A stretch of 64,000 bases of DNA. Origin: a virus (taxonomy: Duplodnaviria; Caudoviricetes). Below are positions 35,058 to 45,157 of this stretch, piece after piece. The position numbers and the translations under genes were made by a program. The notes beneath the pieces are model-generated. The model ran no database searches and had not been told where the DNA came from. It saw only the letters and a program-made list of their open reading frames with translations. Position 1 is the stretch's first letter. Each line of letters opens with the position of its first letter. The DNA is taken from IMG/VR virus record IMGVR_UViG_2928716645_000002, positions 1 to 64,000 of that record; one strand, given 5' to 3'.

Positions 35058-35494
35058 CACTGAACCTGCCAAGCGATATAGAACAGGGTGACAGATGCTC
35101 CGTACAGCCGCGAATGCCTATAGGTCCACAGGCCAGAGTCTGTTGCGGTGAATCCGTCCGTTTCGCATAGCACCGCGAACGGCACTCGCTGGATCGCGAC
35201 GCTACTATTGGCATCACGCATCACCATCGATTGGCTATAGGCAGCCATACCCGAGTTGAGACCGTACGCAATGATGTCAATGGCTGGCGGCTTCGGATAA
35301 GTGGTGGCGTAGAAAACCTTCCCGCTCACCAGGAAGCTATAACCTGGCAAAATTCCGACCTCTAACGGCCGCCCCTGGTTGAGACGACTGTCCAGCGCCA
35401 AATACTTGTAGTCGACAGCCGGTGGCGACTGCGCATCGAAGCCAGGCTTGGAAACCGTCACTCGGGTTGAGTCGATGTAAATCCTAACGGACAC
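35057..35494 (-). CDS. minor tail protein
   Basis: VSKPGFD motif. Confidence 0.6.
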   Translation of the reverse strand: MSVRIYIDSTRVTVSKPGFDAQSPPAVDYKYLALDSRLNQGRPLEVGILPGYSFLVSGKVFYATTYPKPPAIDIIAYGLNSGMAAYSQSMVMRDANSSVAIQRVPFAVLCETDGFTATDSGLWTYRHSRLYGASVTLFYIAWQVQ

Positions 35495-35500
35495 CGCCCG

Positions 35501-38500
35501 TCACTCCGAGATGATGAGGGTGCCGGCTGTCAGGTTGAAGACCACCTTGCCGTCCGAGCTCTGGATGATACCCGCAGTCAGCGTCCCGACATTCGCAGTG
35601 ATCGCACTCAGCACGCCGATGTTCATCATCCGGGCCGTAACCGTCCCGTCGAGGTACATATTCGCCGTGATACCGATCGAGGCGACGCCGGCGATAGTGC
35701 CAACGGTGAAGACCGGCGTCGGTGCTCCGCCGTTGTAGCCAGGAAGCTGGATCTGAAATTTGTCGGCGACGACAGTGAAGGCGGATGTCCCAGAACCCCC
35801 GTTGACCAGTTGGATGCCAGATATGTAACCGTTCACATTCAGTGTGAGCGACCATGCCGCCGCGGCGTATCCCTCGACCGTGGCAATTGCCGTTGCCTGC
35901 TCACTGATGGTGGCATTGACGTCCCCGAACTGGGCGGTGACGGAGGTCTCGAGGTCAGCGACTGCCTGCTGCGCGTCGACTGCAACGGTCTGAACTATCG
36001 CGATTTCGGCAAACGCTGCGCCAACTCGGGCGGACATCTCCGACCGAATGGTTTTGGTATCCAGCCAGTTGCGCGAGGTCAGATTGGCGACAGCGGTAGA
36101 GATCAGTTGCAGATTTGCATTGATCTCGTCGTTGTTTTGATCGGTGACCTCCGTGACCTGCTTTTTCAAGGCCGCGTTAAAGGACTCGAGCGAGACCATG
36201 CCGGGCGCCAGCTTGACCGTCGGGGCATCGAGATCAACGGTCGAATATGCGCCCCGCATCGTCGCGTTGACGGCCTGCACTCGAAGTGTCGCAGCAGCCA
36301 GGCTGACGATGACATCGAACTGGTTCTCGGCACCCTCGTAGACCTGTGTCCAGCTCTTGCCGTCGTCATAGGAAATGCCGGCGACGTAGTAGATCGCGCC
36401 TTCGGTCGGAAACCAGCTGGCGAACAGCCTCGGCTCCGCAGTGCCCTGGCTGATGTAGGCGTTGAGGCCAAATACCAGCGGCACCTTGTCGTTCGACGGG
36501 TACTGCGGGCTTGGCAGGATTGGCGGCGTGCCGAGGTCGGTCGCGTGAACGCGCTCGTCATCGACCACCAGGCTGAGCGAGCAGGTGTGGCCGTTCGGCG
36601 AGCCGTTCAGGACGAGGCAGAGCTTGGACGAGCTCTCGCCGGTTCCGAGTTCAAACGACGGCGGCTCGCCGCCATCCTCGCGCGCAAGGACGGCAGTCAG
36701 GGTTGTCGATTGCGACGACTCGGCTGCCGCTAGGCTGGCCGGGTTGAGGTTCGCGATCGCTGCATTCGCACCCTCGGTACACAGAACCGGGCCGAAGAAC
36801 TTTCCGTTCGGCCGGCGCAGCCGGATGTAGAACGGCCCGCTATCCCATGTCGGCGCCGGATCCAGCGTCAGCGCGTTGCCGGCCACGCCGACGACCGCTC
36901 CTCCGTAGCCATAAGCCTGCGGTAGCTCGGACTGCACCCGAACGACGGAGCCGAGCGTGATGGCCCTGCCCTCGTACTCGACGCCGATCGTGACGTTCTC
37001 ACGCCGATAGAAGGACTGGAGGTAGGTGAAGCCACATTCGCGGAACGCCTGTTGACGATTGACGATGCCGTCGATGCGGATCGTCGTGGCGTTGAGTGAC
37101 GTGAAGGTATCGCCGTTCGGCGGATACTGGACCTGGGCCGCCTGCCAGGTGTTCTCGTCGACGTATTCGAGAATGACGGCGTCAGGGTCTTCCTCGCCCA
37201 GCATCGTGAAATCGATCGCGGTCGAGTCCCGCACGATCTCGCGGTCGGTCAGCAGCATGGTCGGGACGTCGCGCCATTCGTCGCGGACGATCGATACGGT
37301 GTCCCCGAGCCAGAAGTGCTTCGCCCTCGCGACGCCGAGGATCTTGTCGAAGGCCTCCGGCACCGCGACAGCGGAATCGAACCTGAAATCGAAGGTATCG
37401 TTGCGGCTCGTGCAGCCGGCGGCGAAGTTCACGACGGCGTTGAAATCGACCTTCGAGATGCCGAGGCCAGACCCGTACTGGGTATTCGCGACGCTGTCGA
37501 AGAACGCCCAGCCCGGGCTTCGCGTCGCCTGCGATACGAAGGCCGACCCGTTCCAGACCTGCAGCACCCGAGTGCCCAGCACGCCGAATTTGTACGAGCC
37601 CTGGGTCGACTGGGACGCCTTGATCCGGATCGCGATGGTCGAGACGTCCGGGAAGGAATTGTTGCCCTTGAGGAAAGAGCGCAGACCAGCCCAGATCACG
37701 GAATTGGAGCCGCCGGTGCCGGCGAGCTCAGCGTCTTCACGGCGGAAGCGGACCAGATAGCGGCCCGGGAACACATCGACCTTGACGCTGTTGCGGACAG
37801 GCGCCTGTGACCCGTACTGGAACGTGGTCGAGAACAGCGGGTTGAACGGTCCGGTCTGAGTGCCGGCGTCATCGCATGACGCATACTCGGCCGTCAGCCA
37901 AACGTTTGAATAGCCGATAGAGCCGTCCTTGCCACTGACGGTAAAGCAGCCGGCAGCGAACGCGAAGTCGACAGCGATCGACTGCGTCTCCGTTCCCGCC
38001 GGATTCGCGACGAATGGGCCGATCCAGGCTCCGGGTGTCCTCGCCGACGGCGGGATAGGATTGCCGTTCGTATCGTATTGACCACCCGATGTGCCCGTTC
38101 CCGACGGCAGCTGCTGCCCGTTGACCTCAACCGATTGGTCGACATTGGTCGGAAACAACGTGACCGTGGCGCCAGGTTCATAGAACGCGACCTGTGCTCC
38201 GGCGAACGAGGCCGAGACGCCGTTGGTCTGATCCCAGAAGACCGTGTCGTCGACATAGATCTTCTCGTAGGACATGCTGCCCATCGAGACGGAGAGTAGC
38301 AGGTTGAGATATTGATCGTTGCCGATGAACTCGGCCCATGGCGTCGCGGCGAAGTCCGGGAAGGCCTTCAGGCGGCCGTACCAAACCGGCAGCGGCTGCC
38401 CGAGCTTCGCGACGTTCCCCTGCGCCGTCACCGAATAAATCTGATCGGCGTTCGAGCTCGGCGAATTGGTCGCGCCGGCCTTGGGCAGGATCAGAGCGTT

Positions 38501-39004
38501 GACGAGCAGCGTGCCGCCAATCGCAAGGCCGGCGCCGAGCGCCGTGGCACCGAAGCTGCCCGCGGTGAGGCCGAACAGGCCGACAGGAGCCCAGAGCGCG
38601 AAGGCCGACACCGCGACCAGCGCGACGATGCCGATGACCTGCTTGACAGCATTGCCGCCCTGCCCGCCGCCGCGCGGGAAACTCATGAAGCGAACCTGGT
38701 CGGACGCCCCGATCCGGCGCCGACGCCAATCCTTCCGCAGCACCGCCTCGCCGTTGATCTCGAGGATCGTCGGCAGTCCCTTCGCGAACTGCCAGCCATA
38801 GGTGCGATCGCGCCAAGCCCAACCGGTACGGCGCAGGAAGGACGTCACGGTCTCGCGCGGGCGCGGCTCGGCGCGAGCGACCTCGAGGCCGGGCATCACG
38901 AGATGCACGGCTGGACGGCGGGCAGCGCGCTCGCGCCGGCGGCGGTCACGCGGCCGCGGCGCCGGTGCGCGTGGCGCCCGTGCTGGTTTCAACGATCCAT
39001 GCAT
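35501..39004 (-). CDS. tail tip / host-specificity protein (lambda gpJ-like)
   Basis: GQPLPVWYGR; C-terminal VNGYISGI...ADKF; follows NlpC/P60 gene. Confidence 0.82.
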   Translation of the reverse strand: MHGSLKPARAPRAPAPRPRDRRRRERAARRPAVHLVMPGLEVARAEPRPRETVTSFLRRTGWAWRDRTYGWQFAKGLPTILEINGEAVLRKDWRRRRIGASDQVRFMSFPRGGGQGGNAVKQVIGIVALVAVSAFALWAPVGLFGLTAGSFGATALGAGLAIGGTLLVNALILPKAGATNSPSSNADQIYSVTAQGNVAKLGQPLPVWYGRLKAFPDFAATPWAEFIGNDQYLNLLLSVSMGSMSYEKIYVDDTVFWDQTNGVSASFAGAQVAFYEPGATVTLFPTNVDQSVEVNGQQLPSGTGTSGGQYDTNGNPIPPSARTPGAWIGPFVANPAGTETQSIAVDFAFAAGCFTVSGKDGSIGYSNVWLTAEYASCDDAGTQTGPFNPLFSTTFQYGSQAPVRNSVKVDVFPGRYLVRFRREDAELAGTGGSNSVIWAGLRSFLKGNNSFPDVSTIAIRIKASQSTQGSYKFGVLGTRVLQVWNGSAFVSQATRSPGWAFFDSVANTQYGSGLGISKVDFNAVVNFAAGCTSRNDTFDFRFDSAVAVPEAFDKILGVARAKHFWLGDTVSIVRDEWRDVPTMLLTDREIVRDSTAIDFTMLGEEDPDAVILEYVDENTWQAAQVQYPPNGDTFTSLNATTIRIDGIVNRQQAFRECGFTYLQSFYRRENVTIGVEYEGRAITLGSVVRVQSELPQAYGYGGAVVGVAGNALTLDPAPTWDSGPFYIRLRRPNGKFFGPVLCTEGANAAIANLNPASLAAAESSQSTTLTAVLAREDGGEPPSFELGTGESSSKLCLVLNGSPNGHTCSLSLVVDDERVHATDLGTPPILPSPQYPSNDKVPLVFGLNAYISQGTAEPRLFASWFPTEGAIYYVAGISYDDGKSWTQVYEGAENQFDVIVSLAAATLRVQAVNATMRGAYSTVDLDAPTVKLAPGMVSLESFNAALKKQVTEVTDQNNDEINANLQLISTAVANLTSRNWLDTKTIRSEMSARVGAAFAEIAIVQTVAVDAQQAVADLETSVTAQFGDVNATISEQATAIATVEGYAAAAWSLTLNVNGYISGIQLVNGGSGTSAFTVVADKFQIQLPGYNGGAPTPVFTVGTIAGVASIGITANMYLDGTVTARMMNIGVLSAITANVGTLTAGIIQSSDGKVVFNLTAGTLIISE

Positions 39005-39005
39005 G

Positions 39006-39416
39006 TCAATTCGGCTCGAAAAACCGGAGTTTCTTCCAACCCATTTGCCGCAGGGCCAGAACGGTTTCGCAGGCGACACCCTGCCTCTCATCGCAGTGGA
39101 TGACCCGCTGCTCAGGCTTCAGCCAGACACCGATGTGCGCCGGCATCTGCAGGTGGGCCATCAGAACGAGCGCACCGTCTGCGGCACTGACCAACCCGCC
39201 CGGCCCTTCCGGCACTTCGCGCCAGAGATCCCGCTCCGGATGCCCGTCGAAGGACTCCAGCACCCACCGCTTTGAGAAATCATTCGGGACCGGGATGCGC
39301 GGGAGGCCTCGCCCGAACAATTCCTTCTCGACATGGCAGACGAAATCCCAGCAGTTGCGGGTCTGCCAGGCCCACGGTTCACCGATCAGCGGCGCAAGAA
39401 ATTCGGAACGCGTCAT
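39006..39416 (-). CDS. NlpC/P60 tail assembly protein
   Basis: LIGEPW...NCWDFV...HIGVW...VIHC. Confidence 0.8.
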   Translation of the reverse strand: MTRSEFLAPLIGEPWAWQTRNCWDFVCHVEKELFGRGLPRIPVPNDFSKRWVLESFDGHPERDLWREVPEGPGGLVSAADGALVLMAHLQMPAHIGVWLKPEQRVIHCDERQGVACETVLALRQMGWKKLRFFEPN

Positions 39417-39934
39417 GTCAGGCTCGGAAACTGCACATAGTCGTAGTTTTTCGTGAGCTTCGGAAACCGCTTGTTCTGCAGATTCCTCACCATCACGGTG
39501 CCGCTGATCGAGGCGCCGACAACCTTGACGTTGCGGAGCTCGAACTCGACCGCGCCGTATGACGGTTGCGTCAGATCGGTCGCGAGGTATTCCCGGTACA
39601 GGACCGAGATGTATTCGCGGTAGCCGAGCGCCGCTCGAATCTTCGGCAGCAACTCGCGATTGACGTTGTCGATCTTGATGTTGGTCTGCGGCGGCTGCCC
39701 CTGCCGCTGTTCCGGATATGTCGACTCGAACGGGCATGCGATGAACGTCACGTTCTCGCCAGGATTGCGCGGCGCCGCCAACTCAATGCCGAATGTCATG
39801 TCATCGCCGACGTTCGCGACAACCCGCGCCGCGACATCAAAGGAAGACTGCCAGATCTCGAGCGTGTGGTAGACCCGCGCGCTGGGCGGGCACGACGCAT
39901 AGGCCTCGAGGAGCGCTTCGTTATGGGTCGCCAT
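39413..39934 (-). CDS. DUF1833-like minor tail protein
   Basis: EAYAS...TLEI...IDNV; synteny. Confidence 0.72.
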   Translation of the reverse strand: MATHNEALLEAYASCPPSARVYHTLEIWQSSFDVAARVVANVGDDMTFGIELAAPRNPGENVTFIACPFESTYPEQRQGQPPQTNIKIDNVNRELLPKIRAALGYREYISVLYREYLATDLTQPSYGAVEFELRNVKVVGASISGTVMVRNLQNKRFPKLTKNYDYVQFPSLT

Positions 39935-40305
39935 CAGAGATTAAACACCATGAGCGTCATGGTGGCAGCGATGCGGCTTGCCGATGTCGGCACATAGCTG
40001 GGCTTGCCACCCTTTGCGAACTTGCAGGTCTTCGTGGCGTAGGCGGAGCCGAGCCAGACCGGCGCCGTGAATCGACCGCTGCCGTTGTTGAGCGTGTCTC
40101 GCACCCACGCCACAAAGACGTCGTGCTCGGCATTCGTGAAACTGATCGTCTGGACGATCGTGCCTACGTTGTCGCCGGGCCGCGGCCGCTCGCGGGTATT
40201 GCCGCCTTCCATGTCCGTCGCGATCGGTTCGAGGAACCGCTTCTGGATCTGGAATCCACTCTTCTGCGGTCGGCTGTTGACCGCGGGCCAGGACGGAAGG
40301 GCCAT
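39934..40305 (-). CDS. distal tail protein
   Basis: TDMEGG..R.R; follows tape measure. Confidence 0.65.
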   Translation of the reverse strand: MALPSWPAVNSRPQKSGFQIQKRFLEPIATDMEGGNTRERPRPGDNVGTIVQTISFTNAEHDVFVAWVRDTLNNGSGRFTAPVWLGSAYATKTCKFAKGGKPSYVPTSASRIAATMTLMVFNL

Positions 40306-40308
40306 CGC

Positions 40309-43300
40309 TTAGCTCCCGAAACCCTTTTGGCGCGACGAAATGGCCTGCGAGATCGGGCCGTTCCGCGCCGCGTCGTCGACCATGAGGCCGGTGACGGCGT
40401 TCTTGAACACGATGTCGACCTGCGTGCCGTTGTTGGACCGGCTGACGCTGGTCTGCGGATCGGAGCCCGACGGCGCGTTGTAGATATTCACGACCACGTT
40501 GCCCGAGGCGCCGCCGTTGTCGTTTGCGGCGCCGATCCCGCCGGCGGAGACGCCCAGGCGACCGTCGGGACCGCGCCGCAGCGGCATCACGGCCTCCTCG
40601 CCAGCCTCACCCATGAGGCCGGTGCCGCCATTGGCCATCGGGAAGAGCGTCGGCCGGGTTACGACGCCACCGCGCGCGAACGGCACGATGTTGCCGCGGG
40701 AGAAGATGTTGCCCAGCGCGCTCGGCGCCACCGGGCCGAACAGGTTGCTGCCGGCGGTACCTGGCGCGCCATAGGTGACGCCGCTCGAGCCGAGGAGCGA
40801 CCCAAAATCGAGGCCTCCACCGGTCAGGCCGCCGAACGAGCTCTGGAGGCTGCGCATCAGCGGGCCAACCACCAGCAGCTTGACGATCATCTCCTCGATT
40901 GCGCGGATCACCAGCTTCGAGGTGTCCGAGAACGCCTGGCCGAAGCTCTTGGTGCTGTCGAGCGCGTCGGTGATGCCGGTCACCAGATCGCTGGAAACGG
41001 TCGACGAGACGGAGGCAAACGCCGCATTGGTGCGGAGGGCTGCGGCCTCGACCGAGCTCAGCGCCGTCGCGACGTCCGGATAGATGGTCTTGAGCTGCTG
41101 CGCGATCTGGACGTCATCGGGCGACAGCAGCGAAGTCTGGGAGCCGAACCGGATATCGTTCTGGACCTGCCTGATGGCGTTTGCCTGAGCCGCGGCGCCC
41201 AAGGCCTTGGCCTGCGCATCGATCGCGGCCTTGTCCTGGTCGGTCATTTGCTTGTGGTTGCGGACCGCATCGGTCAGCGCCGTCATCCGGGCCACGTATT
41301 CGGCCGCGGCGCCGGCGGACATCCCGATGGTCGCAGTCTGAATCGCGGTCGCGTCGGCCTGCGCCTTGATCTGCAGCGAGCCGTCGGCCTGCGCGCGGGC
41401 GAGATCCAGTTGATCCTTGATCTGCTTTGCCGTCAGGCCGGCACCGGCTTCCTGCGCCCGCTGGAGCTCGAGCGTCTTCTGCCGGACGCTGTCCAGGACG
41501 CCGGCCGACTGGCCGAGCGCCGACATCCGCGCCGACTGGACGCTGGAAGCGATGTCGAGTTGCAGGGCCGACGTCGCGCGGCTTGTGTCGGCCGGCGAGG
41601 CGTTGATCTGGGCCGCCTTGGCGCGGATCTGCTCGAGCCCGGCGGCGAGACGCTCCGCGGGGCTGGCCGCAGCGCCGAGGAATTCGACGAGCGCGTTCTT
41701 CGGCAGGGCCGCCAGCGCTGCGCTGGTCGCCGCAATCGACCGCTGCAACTGGTCCATGGTCTGACCGACCTTGGCCAGCTTCTGGTCGACGTCCGGGGCC
41801 GCTGCGAGGTCTTGGAGCAGCTTCAGTTGGTTCTGGAGATCCTGCGTCTGCCCGATAATCGGCAGTGCGGCCCGGATGGCCTGCTGCTGCGCCAGCGATT
41901 GCTGCGCATTGCGGGCATCCTCCGCGGCAGTCTTCTGTCGCTGAAGCGCCGCGGTGAGCTTGTCGACTTGCGCCTGGGCGGCAGCGATTGCAGCGGGGTC
42001 CGCGATGGCCCCCGCCAGAAAACCGGTATTCGGGTCGACAGTTCGTCCCCCGGTCTTCTGCAGAAGGTCAAGTTTCCGCCTCGCCGCCTCCAACTGTGCA
42101 TCGAGCGTCTGCACCGGGTTGAGAACATTGTAGATGCTCTTGCCGATGGAATCCCAGGCATTGGAAACGGCGTTGCCGAGCGCCGTCCACGCCGTCCGCG
42201 TCGTCGACACCGTGTTCGCGACGTCTACCAAGCCCGATTTCACGGCGGTGGCGAGCACCACCTGGGCGGCATAGACCTTGTTCTGAGCGACGAGGTCCGC
42301 GATGTTTTGCTTCGTCGCGGCATCCAGGAAGCCGAGCCGCTGATTGAGATCCTCGGCGCCCTTCACCGGATCGGCGAAGGCCTGAGCGAGCGTCTTCGCC
42401 GCTTCCGATGCATCGGTGCCGTAGATGGTCGCGATATCCTTGCCCATCTGGACGATCGGCAGGATGTTGTCGTTCGCGATCTTGCCGGTCTCCGCCAGCG
42501 TTGCCGCAAATGAGCGCGCTTCCGCCACGGAAAACCCGGACCGGGAAGCGCCGGCGTCGGCGAGCGAGTTGATGCTGCCCGGCGTCGCGCCGCTCGCGCG
42601 GCCGGATCCAAGCAGGGACCGGTTCACCTCCTGCTGCTTGTCCTGGAACGAGATCAGCGCCGCGACGCCGAGCCCGATCGCGCCGGCGATGCCGCCCCAA
42701 ACAACGCGGCCGACGCTGAGCAGGCCGAGGAACTTCGACCCGATCGTGCTAGCGAAGTCGGTGATGCTCGCCTTCGACGATTGGAAGATCTGGAAGACCT
42801 GGCCGCCCTGCTGCGCCAAGATCATGAATGGCGATTGGCCGAGAGCAATGCCGGTCAGAACGTCGTTAAGCTGGTAACCGAGGTTCGTCAGTTCGCCAGA
42901 TGCGACGCGCCCCACGGTGCTGGCATTCTTCAGCTGCTGCTGGACGTCGGTTAGTCGCTTCGCCAGCATCACCTGCGCCTGCTCGTACTCGCCGGTCGAG
43001 ATGTAGCCGTCGTTCAGCAGCTTCTTGTAGGACGCCATTTCGGCGCCCAGCCGCGTGAATTCCGTCTCCAGCGGCGCGATCTTGGCGCGCAGCTGCTCGG
43101 CCGCGGCGGTCATCTTCTGCTCGGCGGCGATCGCTTCATCGAATTCGGCCGCCATCGCTGCGCCGGCGGCGTCGATATCCATGAACGCAGCGGCGGAGGC
43201 CCTCGCCGATTTCGTGACCTGGTCGTAGCCGTAGGCCTGCGCGACCGCCTGCTGCGTGCTCGCAGCGATGTGCGCGGCCCGCGCCTGCTCAATCTGGTCC

Positions 43301-44142
43301 AGCCGCGCCACCTGCGCGGCAAGCGCTTCATAGGTGGCACCCTGCGACGTCGCCGAGGCGCCGCCGCCGCCCAGCGCTTCGGTCAGGCTGCGCTGGAAAT
43401 TGGCGCCGGCCTGCTCCGCACGCATCCTGGCGATATCGTCCAGTTGCCGCAGATTGGCGTCGAAGACGCTCCCGGAGTCCTTCGCCGATTTCGCCGCGCC
43501 GGCAATCATCAGGCGGTCGAGATCCTGACCGAATGCCGCACCTGCCTCTGCCGCCCTGGCCCGCGCAATCCCCTCGAGGCCGCCGAACTGAGCCATGAAG
43601 GCGTCAGCGCTCTCTTGCGCCGATTTGGTGTCGCCGCCGATGTTGAACTGCGCGTTGATCGCGGCCTGGGACCGCTGCGCCACGGTCAACTGCTCGATCG
43701 CGGCCGCGGCGCGCGTCGCCACCTCGGCATGGACCGAGTATTCCTCGTTCAGACGCGTGACGGCGCCGGCGATCGAGACGAACCCCTTCTCGGCCAGCGA
43801 CGCGGCGTCGGCGGTCAGGCCGAACTTCTGATAGGCGGCGTCGAGGAGCAGGTTGACGCGGTCAAGGCCCATGCCACGGTCGGCGGCGTTGCCGATGCGG
43901 CGAATGATGGCCTCGAACTGCGCGCCGGCGCCGTAGCCGTCGAGCAGCGATTTGCTGACCGAGGCCATGCCGCCCGGGATCTTCGCCAGCGCGGCATCCG
44001 ACTGCGCCAGCGCCGCATTGCGAGCCTTGTCGCTCGCAATCATCTTGTTGTCGGCGTCGACCTTCTGCTGCGCGCCCCGGACATAGCCCGAGGCATCGAA
44101 GTCAGAGGTGACCCGCAGGGACGACAGCGCCACTCCCGCCAT
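40309..44142 (-). CDS. tail tape measure protein
   Basis: 1277 aa, Ala-rich; GQSPFMILAQQGGQ; FARGG...GEAGEEAVMPL. Confidence 0.92.
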   Translation of the reverse strand: MAGVALSSLRVTSDFDASGYVRGAQQKVDADNKMIASDKARNAALAQSDAALAKIPGGMASVSKSLLDGYGAGAQFEAIIRRIGNAADRGMGLDRVNLLLDAAYQKFGLTADAASLAEKGFVSIAGAVTRLNEEYSVHAEVATRAAAAIEQLTVAQRSQAAINAQFNIGGDTKSAQESADAFMAQFGGLEGIARARAAEAGAAFGQDLDRLMIAGAAKSAKDSGSVFDANLRQLDDIARMRAEQAGANFQRSLTEALGGGGASATSQGATYEALAAQVARLDQIEQARAAHIAASTQQAVAQAYGYDQVTKSARASAAAFMDIDAAGAAMAAEFDEAIAAEQKMTAAAEQLRAKIAPLETEFTRLGAEMASYKKLLNDGYISTGEYEQAQVMLAKRLTDVQQQLKNASTVGRVASGELTNLGYQLNDVLTGIALGQSPFMILAQQGGQVFQIFQSSKASITDFASTIGSKFLGLLSVGRVVWGGIAGAIGLGVAALISFQDKQQEVNRSLLGSGRASGATPGSINSLADAGASRSGFSVAEARSFAATLAETGKIANDNILPIVQMGKDIATIYGTDASEAAKTLAQAFADPVKGAEDLNQRLGFLDAATKQNIADLVAQNKVYAAQVVLATAVKSGLVDVANTVSTTRTAWTALGNAVSNAWDSIGKSIYNVLNPVQTLDAQLEAARRKLDLLQKTGGRTVDPNTGFLAGAIADPAAIAAAQAQVDKLTAALQRQKTAAEDARNAQQSLAQQQAIRAALPIIGQTQDLQNQLKLLQDLAAAPDVDQKLAKVGQTMDQLQRSIAATSAALAALPKNALVEFLGAAASPAERLAAGLEQIRAKAAQINASPADTSRATSALQLDIASSVQSARMSALGQSAGVLDSVRQKTLELQRAQEAGAGLTAKQIKDQLDLARAQADGSLQIKAQADATAIQTATIGMSAGAAAEYVARMTALTDAVRNHKQMTDQDKAAIDAQAKALGAAAQANAIRQVQNDIRFGSQTSLLSPDDVQIAQQLKTIYPDVATALSSVEAAALRTNAAFASVSSTVSSDLVTGITDALDSTKSFGQAFSDTSKLVIRAIEEMIVKLLVVGPLMRSLQSSFGGLTGGGLDFGSLLGSSGVTYGAPGTAGSNLFGPVAPSALGNIFSRGNIVPFARGGVVTRPTLFPMANGGTGLMGEAGEEAVMPLRRGPDGRLGVSAGGIGAANDNGGASGNVVVNIYNAPSGSDPQTSVSRSNNGTQVDIVFKNAVTGLMVDDAARNGPISQAISSRQKGFGS

Positions 44143-44545
44143 TTACGTGCCCTCCCTCTCTCAATGCCTTGCGGCTTTCTTCGGCTTCCTTCTCCCGATC
44201 GGCCTCGCGCTGAACGTGCTCGAGAAATTCCTCGTCCATGGCGCTGACAAACGCCAAGAACGTCTCGAACTCGACGCCACGAATGTCATAGCGTCGCGCG
44301 TAGGTATCGATGGAAAGGAAGGTGATGGGTGACTGGCCGCCCATGGCGCCGTATTGCCGATCGAACCGAAGGGCATGCCATGCACGCCAATAAGTTCCGG
44401 CCCAGAATGGCAATACGGTATCGTCGGGCCGCTCTGCCTCTGCCGCGAACTCTACGGCGTCAGGATCTTCTTCGGCTAGTTCGAGAAGCCAGTCGTCAAT
44501 GCCCTTCTGCTCGAACTCATAGCGAAGGGCCGCCCTCAGTTTTTT
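44102..44545 (-). CDS. tail assembly chaperone T portion (reached by -1 frameshift)
   Basis: -1 frame open from the slippery site into WRAWHALRFDR... Confidence 0.7.
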   Translation of the reverse strand, partial: KKLRAALRYEFEQKGIDDWLLELAEEDPDAVEFAAEAERPDDTVLPFWAGTYWRAWHALRFDRQYGAMGGQSPITFLSIDTYARRYDIRGVEFETFLAFVSAMDEEFLEHVQREADREKEAEESRKALREGGHVNGGSGAVVPAGHL

Positions 44546-44982
44546 ATTTTGGCCGCGACGAACTCGGCCTCTTCACGGCCGACTCGCGTCGCCGCGCCGT
44601 AGATCGAGCCGCGGATATACCGGTACTCGGGATCAGTCAGGATCTCGATCGCCTTCTCCGGCGAGAACGGAATGTCCTGCTCATCGTCGTCGACCAGGCC
44701 CTCCCAGCCGAGCAAGAGGTGCTCGACAGCTAGATTGCCGTGGGCCTCGGCGAGAACGTCGTCGGGGACGTTATCGCCGTACTTTCGGGCAAGCTTGGCG
44801 CCGATGGCGTCCCTTGCGATCTTGAAGGGAGCGTAATTCGTCGATCGAACGAACCAACGGATGGCACCGGAGGGGTCGATATCGATCGCCGGTATCCAGT
44901 CGCCCTCTCGCTCCTTCTGGCTGTCGGCCCTCATTGAGGACAACTTCAACTTACGCACTGTCTTTTCGGGGGTTTCAGTCAT
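44536..44982 (-). CDS. tail assembly chaperone G
   Basis: LLLGWEGL..PFSPE; ends A AAA AAC TGA. Confidence 0.75.
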   Translation of the reverse strand: MTETPEKTVRKLKLSSMRADSQKEREGDWIPAIDIDPSGAIRWFVRSTNYAPFKIARDAIGAKLARKYGDNVPDDVLAEAHGNLAVEHLLLGWEGLVDDDEQDIPFSPEKAIEILTDPEYRYIRGSIYGAATRVGREEAEFVAAKIKN

Positions 44983-45157
44983 GGCTTGGTGTCACCTTGG
45001 TGAGCAAGGGAAGCCTGGCGGGCGCCAGGGGGTGACCAGCGATCCTGAGGACACCAATCCTCTACCGGCACCGACCGGTCCGGATCGCTGGGATTTCGGG
45101 GCACCGCGCAACGCGCGCGATGCTGTTGGCGAATTCGTTCGGCGCAGTCGCCGCCGG

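Noticed and set aside
39793-42513. 906-aa + strand ORF (and similar ones at 7159-8595, 44861-46633, 54605-56299)
   Set aside because: Antisense shadows of GC-rich real genes (tape measure, Ro60, tail tube, terminase); Arg-rich and without recognisable motifs.
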